64,000 nucleotides of DNA from an uncultured delta proteobacterium. Lineage in GTDB: Bacteria > Myxococcota_A > Polyangia > Fen-1088. The DNA is taken from the NCBI GenBank assembly GCA_963737265.1, contig CAVTRY010000016.1, forward strand, positions 96,001 through 160,000, read 5' to 3'. Of the stretch, positions 28,875 to 39,416 are shown piece by piece. The position numbers were made by a program, and so were the translations under genes. Each line of letters opens with the position of its first letter. Positions within the stretch are counted from its first letter, which is position 1. The notes under the pieces are model-generated. The model saw only the letters and a list, made by a program, of their open reading frames with translations. It was not told the origin of the DNA and ran no database searches.

Positions 28875-31800
28875 GCCGTCATGGGGCTCGTGGGAGCGGC
28901 CACGGCACCCAATGCCCTGGCCGCCGGCATGGCCGCGGCGCAGACCGCCGTCGATACCGCCAAGATGGCCGTCGCCGCCCTGATGGGAAAAGATCCGGGC
29001 ACGCCCCCGTGTATCGGCGCGATCTTGATGGGCACGCCCACCGTGCTCATCGGCGGCATTCCGCTGCCGCCCATCGAAAACTACGCGCGCGCCTTCTTCA
29101 TGAAGCTGAACGGGCCGCTGGCCAGGGCCCTCCACAGCATCATCGGCAAGGTGCTGGGCAAGGGGCGAGCGGCCAACTTTTTCCACGCCCTGACGTGCCA
29201 CTTCACCGGCCACCCGGTGGACGTGGCCTCTGGGCGCATGCTGACTTCGGAAGAAGAGCTGCGCCTGCCGGGGCCGATTCCCTTCGTGTGGAAGCACCAG
29301 TACGCCACCAGTTGGTCGGAACGCAACGGTCCGCTCGGCTGGGGCTGGAGCCACAGCTACGACATGGCGGTGTGGGGCGAGGCCGGCAAGCTGGTGTACC
29401 AGGCCGAAGACGGCCGCGAGATCGAGTTCGATCGGGAGCCCGAGCCGCGCGACCGCATGCCGTGGCTGAAAGCGAACGAGCGCTGGGATCGCTTCAATCA
29501 CCTGATCCTGCGCGAGCTGCGCGACGGCACGTGGGAGGTCGAGAGCCTGGATGGTCTGGTGCGCGTCTTCGCGCCCATGCAAGGCGACCGCATTCGCCCC
29601 GGCCGGGCGCGCCTGGTATCCATCCGCGACCGCTTCGACCACAAGATGACGTTCGGCTACGACCCCATCGGCAACCTGGCCATCATCGTGGACAGCGCCG
29701 GCCGCACCATCCGCGTGGAAAGCGACCAGGCTGGCCGGGTCGCGCGTGTGCTGGTGCCCGCGCCCGAGGCCGAGGCCGAGGCCTTCGTCGAATACCTGCG
29801 CTACGACTACTCGCCCGAGGGCGACCTTGTGGCCGCCACCGATGTCCTTGGGCGCGCCATGCGCATGGGCTACGAGCGCCACCTCATGGTCAAGGAAACC
29901 AAGCGCGGCGGTTTGTCCTTCCACTTCGCCTACGAAGGCCGCGGCAACGACGCCCGCTGCATAGCGACCTGGGGCGACGGCGGCATCTACAAGCGCAGGC
30001 TCGTCTACGACACCAACAACCACACCACCATCGTCACCGACTCGCGCGGCGCGGACACCATCTACCGGATGAACGCCGACAACGCGGTGGTGTCGGTCAC
30101 CGACGCGTTGGGCGCCGTGACCAAGTACGAATTCGACGACTGTTACAACAAGATCTCCGAAACCGATCCACTCGACCACACCACCAGGTGGGCTTTCGAC
30201 GAGCGGGGCAATTGCACCAAGGTCGTGCATCCCGACGGCGCCGAGATCTCCCTCTTCTACGACGAACGCAATGCCGTGGTTCGCGCCGTCGACGCCATCA
30301 AGGGCGAGTGGCATTGGGAATACGGCCGCAGTGGCCGCTTGCTGGCGCGCATGGATCCCTTAAGACGGGTCAGTCGCTTCGATTGGAAGTCCGAGGCCGA
30401 GCTGATGGGGCAGACCGGGCGGGTCGGTGCCGGCCTCAGCGCGGCCAAGCGCATGGTTGGCTTCACCGATCCGGCCGGTGGACAGACGACGCTGGAATAC
30501 GACCGCCAGGGGTTGCTGGTCGGGATGCGCATGCCGAACGGGGCGCAGACGCGCTGGCGCTACGACCGCCTCGGCCGCTGCATCGAGGCCGTCGATACCA
30601 AGGGCAACCGCGAGCGGCGCGAATTCGATCTTGCCGGCCACATCCTGCGCGTCGACGTCCCCGACGGCAACGTGCGCAAGCTCAGCTACGATGCCGAGGG
30701 CAACGTTATCGCGGTCAAGGACCAGCACTACGACGTGAGGTTCGCCTACCAGGGCATGGGCCGTCTGGCCTCGCGCACGCAAGAAGGCACCACGGTCGCG
30801 TTCGAGTACGACAGCGAGGAATCATTGGTGGCCATCCACAACGAAGCCGGCGCGGTCTATCGCTTCACTCTCGACAAGGCCGGCAACGTCAAGGAAGAGA
30901 GCGGCTTCGACGGACTTCTGCGCAAGTACGGCCGCGACAAGGCCGGGCGCGTGCTGACCGTCGAGCGGCCCGACGAGCGCACGACTGAATACAGCTACGA
31001 CACCGGCGGCCGCGTGGTCGCGGTCAAGTACAGCGACGGCACAGGCGAAGAGTACAGCTACCGCATCGACGGTGCCCTCGTGGAGGCGACCAATGCGGCC
31101 GCCACGGTCAAGTTCGAGCGCGATGTCCTGGGCCGCATCGTAAAGGAAAGTCAGGGGGAAGACACCGTGGAAAGCGCCTTCGACCTGCTCGGCCTGCGCA
31201 GCCGCATGAAGACCAGCAAGGGGCACGTGCTGGAAATCGAGCGCAATCTTGTCGGCGACGTGGTGGGCATGAAGGCCGGCGGCGGCCCGGTGGCACCGGG
31301 TGGCGCGCCCGCCGCGCAGGCCGCCCTGCCGCCTTGGGAAGCCCGCTTCACCCGCGATCAGCTTGGTCTAGAGGTCGAGCGCACCTTGCCCGGCGGCGTG
31401 CGCGCCCGCTGGGAGCGCGACAGCGTCGGCCGCCCCGTCAAGCACGAGATCTGGTCCGGCGGCACCGTGGTGTCCGCCCAGTCCTACACCTGGGAGCCCA
31501 ACGACCGCCTCAAGATGATCATCGATGCCCTCAAGGGCCCCGTGCAGTACCGTCACGATGGCCTGGGCAACCTGATCGGCGCAGCCTACGCCGACGACAA
31601 GATCGACCTGCGCATGCCCGACGCTGTCGGCAACCTGTTCAAGACCCCCGACAAGAAAGACCGCAAGTACGGCCCCGCCGGCCAGCTATTGGAATCGCGG
31701 GGCGCCGACGGCGTCACGAAGTACGAATACGACCCCGAAGGCAATCTCGCCAAGAAGATCCTGCCCGACGGCGGCGCGTGGAAATACGAGTGGAACGGCG

Positions 31801-32843
31801 CCGGCATGCTGGCCAAGGTCATCCGCCCCGACGGCAAGACGGTAGAATTCGGCTACGACGCCCTCGGCCGCCGGGTCTGGAAGAAATACGGCGCCAAGAC
31901 CACCAAGTGGATCTGGGACGGCAACGTGCCCGTGCACGAATGGGTCGAGGTGGATCCGTCCGTGGAAGCACCGCCGTCGCAGCAAGAAGCCGTGGAGTGG
32001 GAAAACGGGCTGACCGCCCGCAAGTTCATGCTGACCAAGCGCTTCGCGCAAGGTCCCCCACCCCCCGAAGCATCCGGCACCGCCGCCGCCCCCATCACCT
32101 GGGTCTTCGAGCCCGAAAGCTTCGCTCCCCTCGCCAAGCTAACCGCCATCGCAAGGTTCGGCATCGTCACCGACCACCTCGGCACGCCCACCGCGATGAT
32201 CGACGAGCGGGGGAAGACTGTGTGGGGTGCTGACATTGGCGTGTACGGCGACCTGCGGAACGAAGTCGGGGAGAAGGCGGCGTGCCCGTTTAGGTGGCCC
32301 GGGCAGTACGAGGACGAAGAGACGGGCCTGTACTACAACCGATTCCGGTACTACGACCCGGAGGCGGGGGAGTACACAGGTCAGGATCCAATTAGGTCGA
32401 AGGGCGGGCTCGCTCTCTACGGATACGTTGGGGATCCACTTGTCTGGAAGGACCCCTTTGGCCTGGCGGGGGGCTGCGGATCCGAGGATACCGAAGAAAC
32501 ACGAACTGGCTACCACGCTACGTCACCAGAAGCAGCGGCAGCAATCCGAAAGACTGGCTTCCGTGAAGGCACAAAGCCAGGACGCCTCGGTAGCCATGGA
32601 ACCTATGTCAACAATACTCCTGAAGGCGCTATCGCGGAGTTCTCTCACCATAACCCTGGTGTCACGCCTGAGGTGTTGACGGTCCAGTATAGGCCCGGCG
32701 TCGAGGCAGTGGCAGACGTCTCGCCGCGTAATTACGTTTCGGAGCATCCTCTCAACGCAGACAGCATCTCAGCGCCATCGGTTCGCGCCCCTGGAACGGT
32801 CAACACCAACGTACTCAATCGAAGCACACAGGTCGTCCAATGA
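28791..32843 (+). CDS. Rhs cassette 3 (partial PAAR-like + DUF6531-like + core + ART-like toxin)
   Basis: GAILMGTPTVLIGG, GHPVDVASG..LGWGWSHSYD, YD repeats, DPFGL, tip YHATS..IRKTGF..GTY..SAPSVR..N. Confidence 0.92.
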   Translation: MPVATTSILLLVALSAAAPARPENERTGAVMGLVGAATAPNALAAGMAAAQTAVDTAKMAVAALMGKDPGTPPCIGAILMGTPTVLIGGIPLPPIENYARAFFMKLNGPLARALHSIIGKVLGKGRAANFFHALTCHFTGHPVDVASGRMLTSEEELRLPGPIPFVWKHQYATSWSERNGPLGWGWSHSYDMAVWGEAGKLVYQAEDGREIEFDREPEPRDRMPWLKANERWDRFNHLILRELRDGTWEVESLDGLVRVFAPMQGDRIRPGRARLVSIRDRFDHKMTFGYDPIGNLAIIVDSAGRTIRVESDQAGRVARVLVPAPEAEAEAFVEYLRYDYSPEGDLVAATDVLGRAMRMGYERHLMVKETKRGGLSFHFAYEGRGNDARCIATWGDGGIYKRRLVYDTNNHTTIVTDSRGADTIYRMNADNAVVSVTDALGAVTKYEFDDCYNKISETDPLDHTTRWAFDERGNCTKVVHPDGAEISLFYDERNAVVRAVDAIKGEWHWEYGRSGRLLARMDPLRRVSRFDWKSEAELMGQTGRVGAGLSAAKRMVGFTDPAGGQTTLEYDRQGLLVGMRMPNGAQTRWRYDRLGRCIEAVDTKGNRERREFDLAGHILRVDVPDGNVRKLSYDAEGNVIAVKDQHYDVRFAYQGMGRLASRTQEGTTVAFEYDSEESLVAIHNEAGAVYRFTLDKAGNVKEESGFDGLLRKYGRDKAGRVLTVERPDERTTEYSYDTGGRVVAVKYSDGTGEEYSYRIDGALVEATNAAATVKFERDVLGRIVKESQGEDTVESAFDLLGLRSRMKTSKGHVLEIERNLVGDVVGMKAGGGPVAPGGAPAAQAALPPWEARFTRDQLGLEVERTLPGGVRARWERDSVGRPVKHEIWSGGTVVSAQSYTWEPNDRLKMIIDALKGPVQYRHDGLGNLIGAAYADDKIDLRMPDAVGNLFKTPDKKDRKYGPAGQLLESRGADGVTKYEYDPEGNLAKKILPDGGAWKYEWNGAGMLAKVIRPDGKTVEFGYDALGRRVWKKYGAKTTKWIWDGNVPVHEWVEVDPSVEAPPSQQEAVEWENGLTARKFMLTKRFAQGPPPPEASGTAAAPITWVFEPESFAPLAKLTAIARFGIVTDHLGTPTAMIDERGKTVWGADIGVYGDLRNEVGEKAACPFRWPGQYEDEETGLYYNRFRYYDPEAGEYTGQDPIRSKGGLALYGYVGDPLVWKDPFGLAGGCGSEDTEETRTGYHATSPEAAAAIRKTGFREGTKPGRLGSHGTYVNNTPEGAIAEFSHHNPGVTPEVLTVQYRPGVEAVADVSPRNYVSEHPLNADSISAPSVRAPGTVNTNVLNRSTQVVQ

Positions 32844-33199
32844 AGTCCGAGCCGGTGCGATGTTGGCCTATTTCGCTCATAGATTCCGCCGGACGACCGG
32901 AAGACGGCCATTGGATCGCATACCCAGAGGACAATCAGGGACATGACTTGATCATTTGCACGAGCTGTGGACACCTTTATGCAGTCAATGTTGCCAGAAT
33001 GGTTTACCTAGGTCCTCCGCTAGAGGAGAAGCTGAAGGTGCTTCTCTGCATGCAGTGCGGCGCGCCACTGAGCCGCACAGCAAGTGCATACCCAGAGACT
33101 TTTCGAGATAGGACCGGTGCGCTAAAGACCTGCGCACGCCCCCGTGAAATGCCGGCCGATGATCAGAGTGTGGTTCGAGATTTTGATCAGCTTTACTGA
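32840..33199 (+). CDS. Putative immunity protein with a zinc ribbon
   Basis: ATGA overlap with toxin 3; CTSC and CMQC. Confidence 0.8.
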   Translation: MKSEPVRCWPISLIDSAGRPEDGHWIAYPEDNQGHDLIICTSCGHLYAVNVARMVYLGPPLEEKLKVLLCMQCGAPLSRTASAYPETFRDRTGALKTCARPREMPADDQSVVRDFDQLY

Positions 33200-33310
33200 T
33201 GGCAGAGATCCATGTCTCTGACCCAAGGTGCCTCTATTGACGTGGCCATGCGAAAGCCGGACAACCTCCGCACCCTGAACATCCCGCTGGCGAGTCTCCG
33301 CATTCCCCTG

Positions 33311-34944
33311 CGCTTGGGTGGTGCGCTTGGGTGGTGCGCTTGGGTGGTGCCAGGGTCTTTCTAAAAACGGGACGAACGGCGTCCGAGATCGCCAGCGTTC
33401 GAGCGGATAGCGGACAAGGGCGGGGGTCAGGACGGCGGTTTTGTCGTGAAACCTGGCGATTTCGAGCTGTCCAGGGCCAAGAGCGAGGCGGCGGAAGAGT
33501 GAGCCTCCATGCGGTGCGCTTGGGTGGTGCCAGGGTCTTTCTTAAAACGGGACGAACGGCGTCCGAGATCGCCAGCGTTCGAGCGGATAGCGGACAAGGG
33601 CGAGGGTCAGGACGGCGGTTTTGTCGTGAAACCTGGCGGTTTCGAGCTGTCCAGGGCCAAGAGCGAGGCGGCGGAAGAGTGAGCCTCCATGCGCCGGCAC
33701 ACGCCGGACAGACCTGTTCCTTCTCTGCCGGCGATCCAGTCCAATCGCCACGAATCGAGACCAGCCCCGTCAGGCCGGTGCGTTGAACGGCAAGGCCGGC
33801 GGGAAAGCCCCGAGGGGAAACATCTCCCTGATCTCGCGGGCGCGGTCGCGCAGGCGCAGGGCTCCGGCGCGGAAAGCGTCGACGAAGGCACGGTAGCGGA
33901 CACGGAATTCCTGCTCCGTCGAGTCGTCGCTTGCGTGGACGAAAGGTGCCGGGCTGCGATGGGTGGTTGTGGGCTTTGCGTGCGGATCTTGGGCGAGGAT
34001 GGCGGCGACACCCATGGGAGACCGCCCCTTCTCCTTGTTTTCGGCCTCGGCCGTGGCCTGGATCTCGCCGACGATGCGGCGGCACTCGGCCTCACCACGT
34101 GGGGAGCCGGCCAGCTTTGCTGGCCGCGTACCATCGCGGGAAGGTTTGGAAACACTCCTAGGGTTTCCAAGTCAGAATCGGCCAGCCGTCAGGTGTTCCA
34201 GGCACGGCAATGGAGTGAGCTCGACGTCGAAGGTGGTCGCGAACTGCGACGGGAAAACGGTCTCGCCACGCTGGCGGGCAAGAAACTCGGCGCTCCGGTC
34301 GAACCAGGTGCCACGCAGAATCTCGCCGGTGGTGAGGGCCGCGACGCAATTGGGACCCGGCCACGCGCCAGCAGACCCGACCAGGCCCTCCTTCGCGCCG
34401 TGGGCCAAGATGTATCGAAGGCGCGCGTGCGTGGCCCTTTCGTCGGCGACGACGATGGAGCGGTAGCGGCGAGACCACAGGCGCTCGCGCCACAGATAGA
34501 GCCGCCCCGCCTCCTTGGCCACGTTGGCATTCACGAACTGCATGAAAAGCGCGAGTTGACCGGCGCTGGTGGGTGAAAGCAAAAAGTGCGCGTGGGTGCT
34601 CAAAAACACGAAGGCGTAGATGGTCATGCCGTAGAGAGACTGGGCCTTGCCGATGACGCCGAGGATGATGTCGGTAAGCTCGGGCGAGGGCTTGAGTAGC
34701 AGCCTTCCCTGCAACGTACGGGTGGTGATCTCGACGACGGAGCGCTCGGGGATGAAACGGAGTGGCCGCGGCATACCGGACTATCGGCAAGGGAAGGCAC
34801 AAAGTTGCCCCCGCTGACCTGACCCCGGACAACCTCCGCGTTCTGAAGTAGCATCTCGCCGTGCCTGTGGCGACGACCTCGATCCTGCTGCTCGTGGCGT
34901 TGAGCGCTGCTGCCCCGGCACGCCCCGAGAACGAAAGGACTGGC
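33311..34944 (-). mobile_element. Junction element E2: nested repeats + Y1/HUH transposase + leader
   Basis: Repeat starts at 33311, 33324, 33337 and 33517; transposase at 33770-34774; leader 34825-34944. Confidence 0.88.
33770..34774 (-). CDS. Y1 HUH transposase (RAYT/IS200-like), split by one in-frame TGA at 34172-34174
   Basis: MPRPLR..VEITTRT, IYAFVFLSTHAHFLL (HUH), LWSRRYRS, LRYILAHGAKEGLV..W (catalytic Tyr); C-terminal FPLGAFPP tail is in the same frame. Confidence 0.85.
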
Positions 34945-37900
34945 GCCGTCATGGGTCTCGTCGGAGCGGCCGCGGCACCCAATCCCCTGGCCGCCGGCAT
35001 GGCCGCGGCGCAGACCGCCGTCGATACCGCCAAGATGGCCGTCGCCGCCCTGATGGGAAAAGATCCGGGCACGCCCCCGTGCATCGGGGCGATCTTGATG
35101 GGCACGCCCACGGTTCTCATCGGCGGCATTCCGCTGCCGCCCATCGAGAACTACGCGCGCGCCTTCTTCATGAAGCTGAACGGGCCGCTGGCCAGGGCCC
35201 TCCACAGCATCATCGGCAAGGTGCTGGGCAAGGGACGCGCGGCCAATTTCTTCAACGCCCTGACCTGCCACTTCACCGGCCACCCGGTCGACGTGGCCTC
35301 TGGGCGCATGCTGACTTCGGAAGAAGAGCTGCGCCTGCCGGGGCCGATTCCCCTCGTGTGGAAGCGCCAGTACGCCACCAGTTGGTCGGAACGCAACGGT
35401 CCGCTCGGCTGGGGCTGGAGCCACAGCTACGACATGGCGGTGTGGGGCGAGGCCGGCAAGCTGGTGTACCAGGCCGAAGACGGCCGCGAGATCGAGTTCG
35501 ATCTCGAGCCCGAGGCGCGCGACCGCATGCCGTGGCTGAAAGCGAACGAGCGCTGGGATCGCTTCAATCACCTGATCCTGCGCGAGTTGCGCGACGGCAC
35601 GTGGGAGGTCGAGAGCCTGGATGGTCTGGTGCGCGTCTTCGCGCCCATGCAAGGCGACCGCATTCGCCCCGGCCGGGCGCGCCTGGTATCCATCCGCGAC
35701 CGCTTCGACCACAAGATGACGTTCGGCTACGACCCCATCGGCAACCTGGCCATCATCGTGGACAGCGCCGGCCGCACCATCCGCGTGGAAAGCGACCAGG
35801 CCGGCCGGGTCGCGCGTGTGCTGGTGCCCGCGCCCGAGGCCGAGGCCTTCGTCGAGTACCTGCGCTACGACTACTCGCCCGAGGGCGACCTTGTGGCCGC
35901 CACCGATGTTCTTGGGCGCGCCATGCGCATGGGCTACGAGCGCCACCTCATGGTCAAGGAAACCAAGCGCGGCGGTTTGTCCTTCCACTTCGCCTACGAA
36001 GGCCGCGGCAACGACGCCCGCTGCATAGCGACCTGGGGCGACGGCGGCATCTACAAGCGCAGGCTTATCTACGACACCAACAACCACACCACCATCGTCA
36101 CCGACTCGCGCGGCGCGGACACCATCTACCGGATGAACGCCGACAACGCGGTGGTGTCGGTCACCGACGCCCTGGGCGCCGTCACCAAGTACGAATTCGA
36201 CGACTGCTACAACAAGATCTCCGAAACCGATCCACTCGACCACACCACCAGGTGGGCGTTCGACGAGCGGGGCAATTGCACCAAGGTCGTGCATCCCGAC
36301 GGCGCCGAGATTTCGCTCTTCTACGACGAGCGCAATGCGGTGATTCGCGCCGTCGACGCCATCAAGGGCGAGTGGCATTGGGAATACGACCGCGGTGGGC
36401 GCTTGCTGGCGCGCATGGATCCCTTAAGACGGGTCAGTCGCTTCGATTGGAAGTCCGAGGCCGAGCTGATGGGGCAGACCGGGCGGGTCGGTGCCGGCCT
36501 CAGCGCGGCCAAGCGCATGGTTGGCTTCACCGATCCGGCCGGTGGACAGACGACGCTGGAATACGACCGCCAGGGGTTGCTGGTCGGGATGCGCATGCCG
36601 AACGGGGCGCAGACGCGCTGGCGCTACGACCGCCTCGGCCGCTGCATCGAGGTCGTCGATACCAAGGGCAACCGCGAGCGGCGCGAATTCGATCTGGCCG
36701 GTCACATCCTGCGCGTCGACGTCCCCGACGGCAACGTGCGCAAGCTCGGCTACGATGCCGAGGGCAACGTGGTGGCGGTCAAGGACCAGCACTACGACGT
36801 GAAGTTCGCATACCAGGGCATGGGCCGCCTGGCCTCGCGCACGCAAGAAGGCACCACGGTCGCGTTCGAGTACGACAGCGAAGAATCGCTGGTGGCCATC
36901 CGCAACGAAGCCGGCGCCGTGTACCGCTTCACCCTGGACAAGGCCGGCAACGTCAAAGAAGAGAGCGGCTTCGACGGACTTTTGCGCAAATACGGCCGCG
37001 ACAAGGCTGGCCGCGTGCTGACCGTCGAGCGGCCCGACGAGCGCGCGACTGAGTACAGCTACGACACCGGCGGCCGGGTGGTCGCGGTCAAGTACAGCGA
37101 CGGCACAAGTGAAGAGTACGGCTACCGCCCCGACGGTGCCTTGATGGCGGCGATCAATGCCGCCGCCGAGGTCAAATTCGAGCGCGATGCCCTGGGCCGC
37201 ATCGTGAAGGAAGTTCAAGGCGAAGACACCGTGGAAAGCGCCTTCGACCTGCTCGGCCTGCGCAGCCGCATGAAGACCAGCAAGGGGCACGTGCTGGAGA
37301 TCGAGCGCAACCTCGTCGGCGACGTAGTGGGCATGAAGGCCGGCGGCGGCCCGGTTGCATCAGGTAGCGCGCCCGCCGCGCAGGCCGCCCTGCCACCCTG
37401 GGAAGCCCGCTTCACCCGCGATCAGCTTGGCCTGGAGGTCGAGCGCACCTTGCCCGGTGGCGTGCGAGCCCGCTGGGAGCGCGACAGCGTCGGCCGCCCC
37501 GTCAAGCACGAGATCTGGTCTGGCGGCACCGTGGTGTCCGCCCAGTCCTACACCTGGGAGCCCAACGACCGCCTCAAGATGATCATCGATGCCCTCAAGG
37601 GTCCCGTGCAGTACCGCCACGATGGCCTGGGCAACCTGATCGGCGCAGCCTACGCCGACGACAAGATCGACCTGCGCATGCCCGACGCTGTCGGCAACCT
37701 GTTCAAGACCCCCGACAAGAAAGATCGCAAGTACGGCCCCGCCGGCCAGCTATTGGAATCGCGGGGCGCCGACGGCGTCACGAAGTACGAATACGACCCC
37801 GAAGGCAACCTGGCCAAGAAGATCCTGCCCGACGGCAGCGCGTGGAAATACGAGTGGAACGGCGCCGGCATGCTGGCCAAGGTCATCCGCCCCGACGGCA

Positions 37901-38928
37901 AGACGGTAGAATTCGGCTACGACGCCCTCGGCCGCCGGGTCTGGAAGAAATACGGCGCCAAGACCACCAAGTGGATCTGGGACGGCAACGTGCCCGTGCA
38001 CGAATGGGTCGAGGTGGATCCGTCCGTGGAAGCCCCGCCGTCGCAGCAAGAAGCCGTGGAGTGGGAAAACGGGCTGCCCGCCCGCAAGTTCATGCTGACC
38101 AAGCGCTTCGCGCAAGGTCCCCCCTTGTCCGATCCCCTCTCCCACTGGGAGAGGGCTAGGGTGAGGGAAAATGCGACGGGAACAGCCGCCGCCCCCATCA
38201 CCTGGGTCTTCGAGCCCGAGTCTTTCGCCCCCCTCGCCAAACTGACCGCCACCGCAAGGTTCGGCATCGTCACCGACCACCTCGGCACGCCCACCGCGAT
38301 GATCGACGAGCGGGGGAAGACGGTGTGGGGTGCGGACATCGGTGTGTACGGCGACTTGCGAAACGTCGTCGGTGAGAAGGCGGCGTGTCCGTTTAGGTGG
38401 CCGGGGCAGTACGAGGACGAGGAGACGGGGCTGTATTACAACCGATTCCGGTACTACGACCCGGGGGCGGGGGAGTATGTAAGCCAGGATCCGATTGGGT
38501 TGAAGGGCGGACTGCGCGCCCATGGATACGCACACGATCCGCTAGCCTGGCTTGATCCGCTTGGACTCACATGTGGACCAGCAGGAAAGGACGTGGAAGA
38601 GCCACCCCACGTGTTCTGGTCAGGAGGAGAGAAGGCGATGAAGGCTGCCCAAGCATGGGCTGAGAAGCACGGTGGGGTCACATTGGAAATGACGGCAGGT
38701 GGCAGGCGCGCTGTTCGACACACTCAGGGTCTGGACGATTGGGAAATGGCCCGACCAGTCTGGGCCAAGGAGTCGCGACTGTTTGCTAAGAAGTCACAAG
38801 GCGAGGTTCATGTCTTTGCGACAAAAGAAGCCATGAACGATCCCAATCGCATTTTGAATTCCGTGGAAATACCGGCGCTGAAGCAAAATCCCCAGGTGAC
38901 AACCATTGTCCCACACGAGGTGCCATGA
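34861..38928 (+). CDS. Rhs cassette 4 (same architecture as cassette 3; ADP-ribosyl-cyclase/NADase-like toxin)
   Basis: Core near-identical to cassette 3; after DPLGL: VFWSG..TLEMT..W..ESRLFA..GEVHV..VEIPAL. Confidence 0.92.
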   Translation: MPVATTSILLLVALSAAAPARPENERTGAVMGLVGAAAAPNPLAAGMAAAQTAVDTAKMAVAALMGKDPGTPPCIGAILMGTPTVLIGGIPLPPIENYARAFFMKLNGPLARALHSIIGKVLGKGRAANFFNALTCHFTGHPVDVASGRMLTSEEELRLPGPIPLVWKRQYATSWSERNGPLGWGWSHSYDMAVWGEAGKLVYQAEDGREIEFDLEPEARDRMPWLKANERWDRFNHLILRELRDGTWEVESLDGLVRVFAPMQGDRIRPGRARLVSIRDRFDHKMTFGYDPIGNLAIIVDSAGRTIRVESDQAGRVARVLVPAPEAEAFVEYLRYDYSPEGDLVAATDVLGRAMRMGYERHLMVKETKRGGLSFHFAYEGRGNDARCIATWGDGGIYKRRLIYDTNNHTTIVTDSRGADTIYRMNADNAVVSVTDALGAVTKYEFDDCYNKISETDPLDHTTRWAFDERGNCTKVVHPDGAEISLFYDERNAVIRAVDAIKGEWHWEYDRGGRLLARMDPLRRVSRFDWKSEAELMGQTGRVGAGLSAAKRMVGFTDPAGGQTTLEYDRQGLLVGMRMPNGAQTRWRYDRLGRCIEVVDTKGNRERREFDLAGHILRVDVPDGNVRKLGYDAEGNVVAVKDQHYDVKFAYQGMGRLASRTQEGTTVAFEYDSEESLVAIRNEAGAVYRFTLDKAGNVKEESGFDGLLRKYGRDKAGRVLTVERPDERATEYSYDTGGRVVAVKYSDGTSEEYGYRPDGALMAAINAAAEVKFERDALGRIVKEVQGEDTVESAFDLLGLRSRMKTSKGHVLEIERNLVGDVVGMKAGGGPVASGSAPAAQAALPPWEARFTRDQLGLEVERTLPGGVRARWERDSVGRPVKHEIWSGGTVVSAQSYTWEPNDRLKMIIDALKGPVQYRHDGLGNLIGAAYADDKIDLRMPDAVGNLFKTPDKKDRKYGPAGQLLESRGADGVTKYEYDPEGNLAKKILPDGSAWKYEWNGAGMLAKVIRPDGKTVEFGYDALGRRVWKKYGAKTTKWIWDGNVPVHEWVEVDPSVEAPPSQQEAVEWENGLPARKFMLTKRFAQGPPLSDPLSHWERARVRENATGTAAAPITWVFEPESFAPLAKLTATARFGIVTDHLGTPTAMIDERGKTVWGADIGVYGDLRNVVGEKAACPFRWPGQYEDEETGLYYNRFRYYDPGAGEYVSQDPIGLKGGLRAHGYAHDPLAWLDPLGLTCGPAGKDVEEPPHVFWSGGEKAMKAAQAWAEKHGGVTLEMTAGGRRAVRHTQGLDDWEMARPVWAKESRLFAKKSQGEVHVFATKEAMNDPNRILNSVEIPALKQNPQVTTIVPHEVP

Positions 38929-39410
38929 GTGGAAAGAGGAAAAGGGTCGGTTCGGGAAGGCAAGAACCAAGCAAGCCATGGAACGGTGTCGAGCTTTTCA
39001 AAGAGATGGAAGGGAAAACCTCCGGGTACTTGGGCCACATAAAGGTGACTTTTGTTCGGGATGACCGCTCTGACGAGGAAATAGGGGCAGCTGACCGTGC
39101 GAGGTGGCAAGAGCATCGGATTTGGGAGATGCCTCTGGGCTTCAGTCTTGTACCCAACGGTCGCGCTGGTACCATCTACTTTCGTCGAGGCCAGAAGCTA
39201 GTCGAGTTGGACGCTGAGTTGGCGGGCAATCCGGCCCTCGACATCGTGCTGTCCGGTGGTGATTTGAGCAAATGGATCGATGTAGATACTCTCGGATCGG
39301 AGCCGGTTTCCGCCGAGGATCAAAGTGGAATCAGGGATTCCCTCATCGAATGGCTGACCAAGAAGGGACTTAAGTTCTCCATTGGGGGCGTTGTGATCGT
39401 TCGGCGGTAG
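38925..39410 (+). CDS. Putative immunity protein
   Basis: ATGA overlap with toxin 4; lower GC; the repeat array starts a few nt after its stop. Confidence 0.78.
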   Translation: MSGKRKRVGSGRQEPSKPWNGVELFKEMEGKTSGYLGHIKVTFVRDDRSDEEIGAADRARWQEHRIWEMPLGFSLVPNGRAGTIYFRRGQKLVELDAELAGNPALDIVLSGGDLSKWIDVDTLGSEPVSAEDQSGIRDSLIEWLTKKGLKFSIGGVVIVRR

Positions 39411-39416
39411 AAATGA

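Noticed and set aside
34140-34174. Firm selenocysteine/SECIS call for the transposase UGA
   Set aside because: The UGA is inside a lineage-specific insert, not at a conserved Cys position; kept only as a readthrough hypothesis.
28518-37052. Long alternative-frame and antisense ORFs over rhs (598, 761, 584, 657 aa)
   Set aside because: Arg/Ala-rich shadow frames caused by GC3 bias; no motifs.
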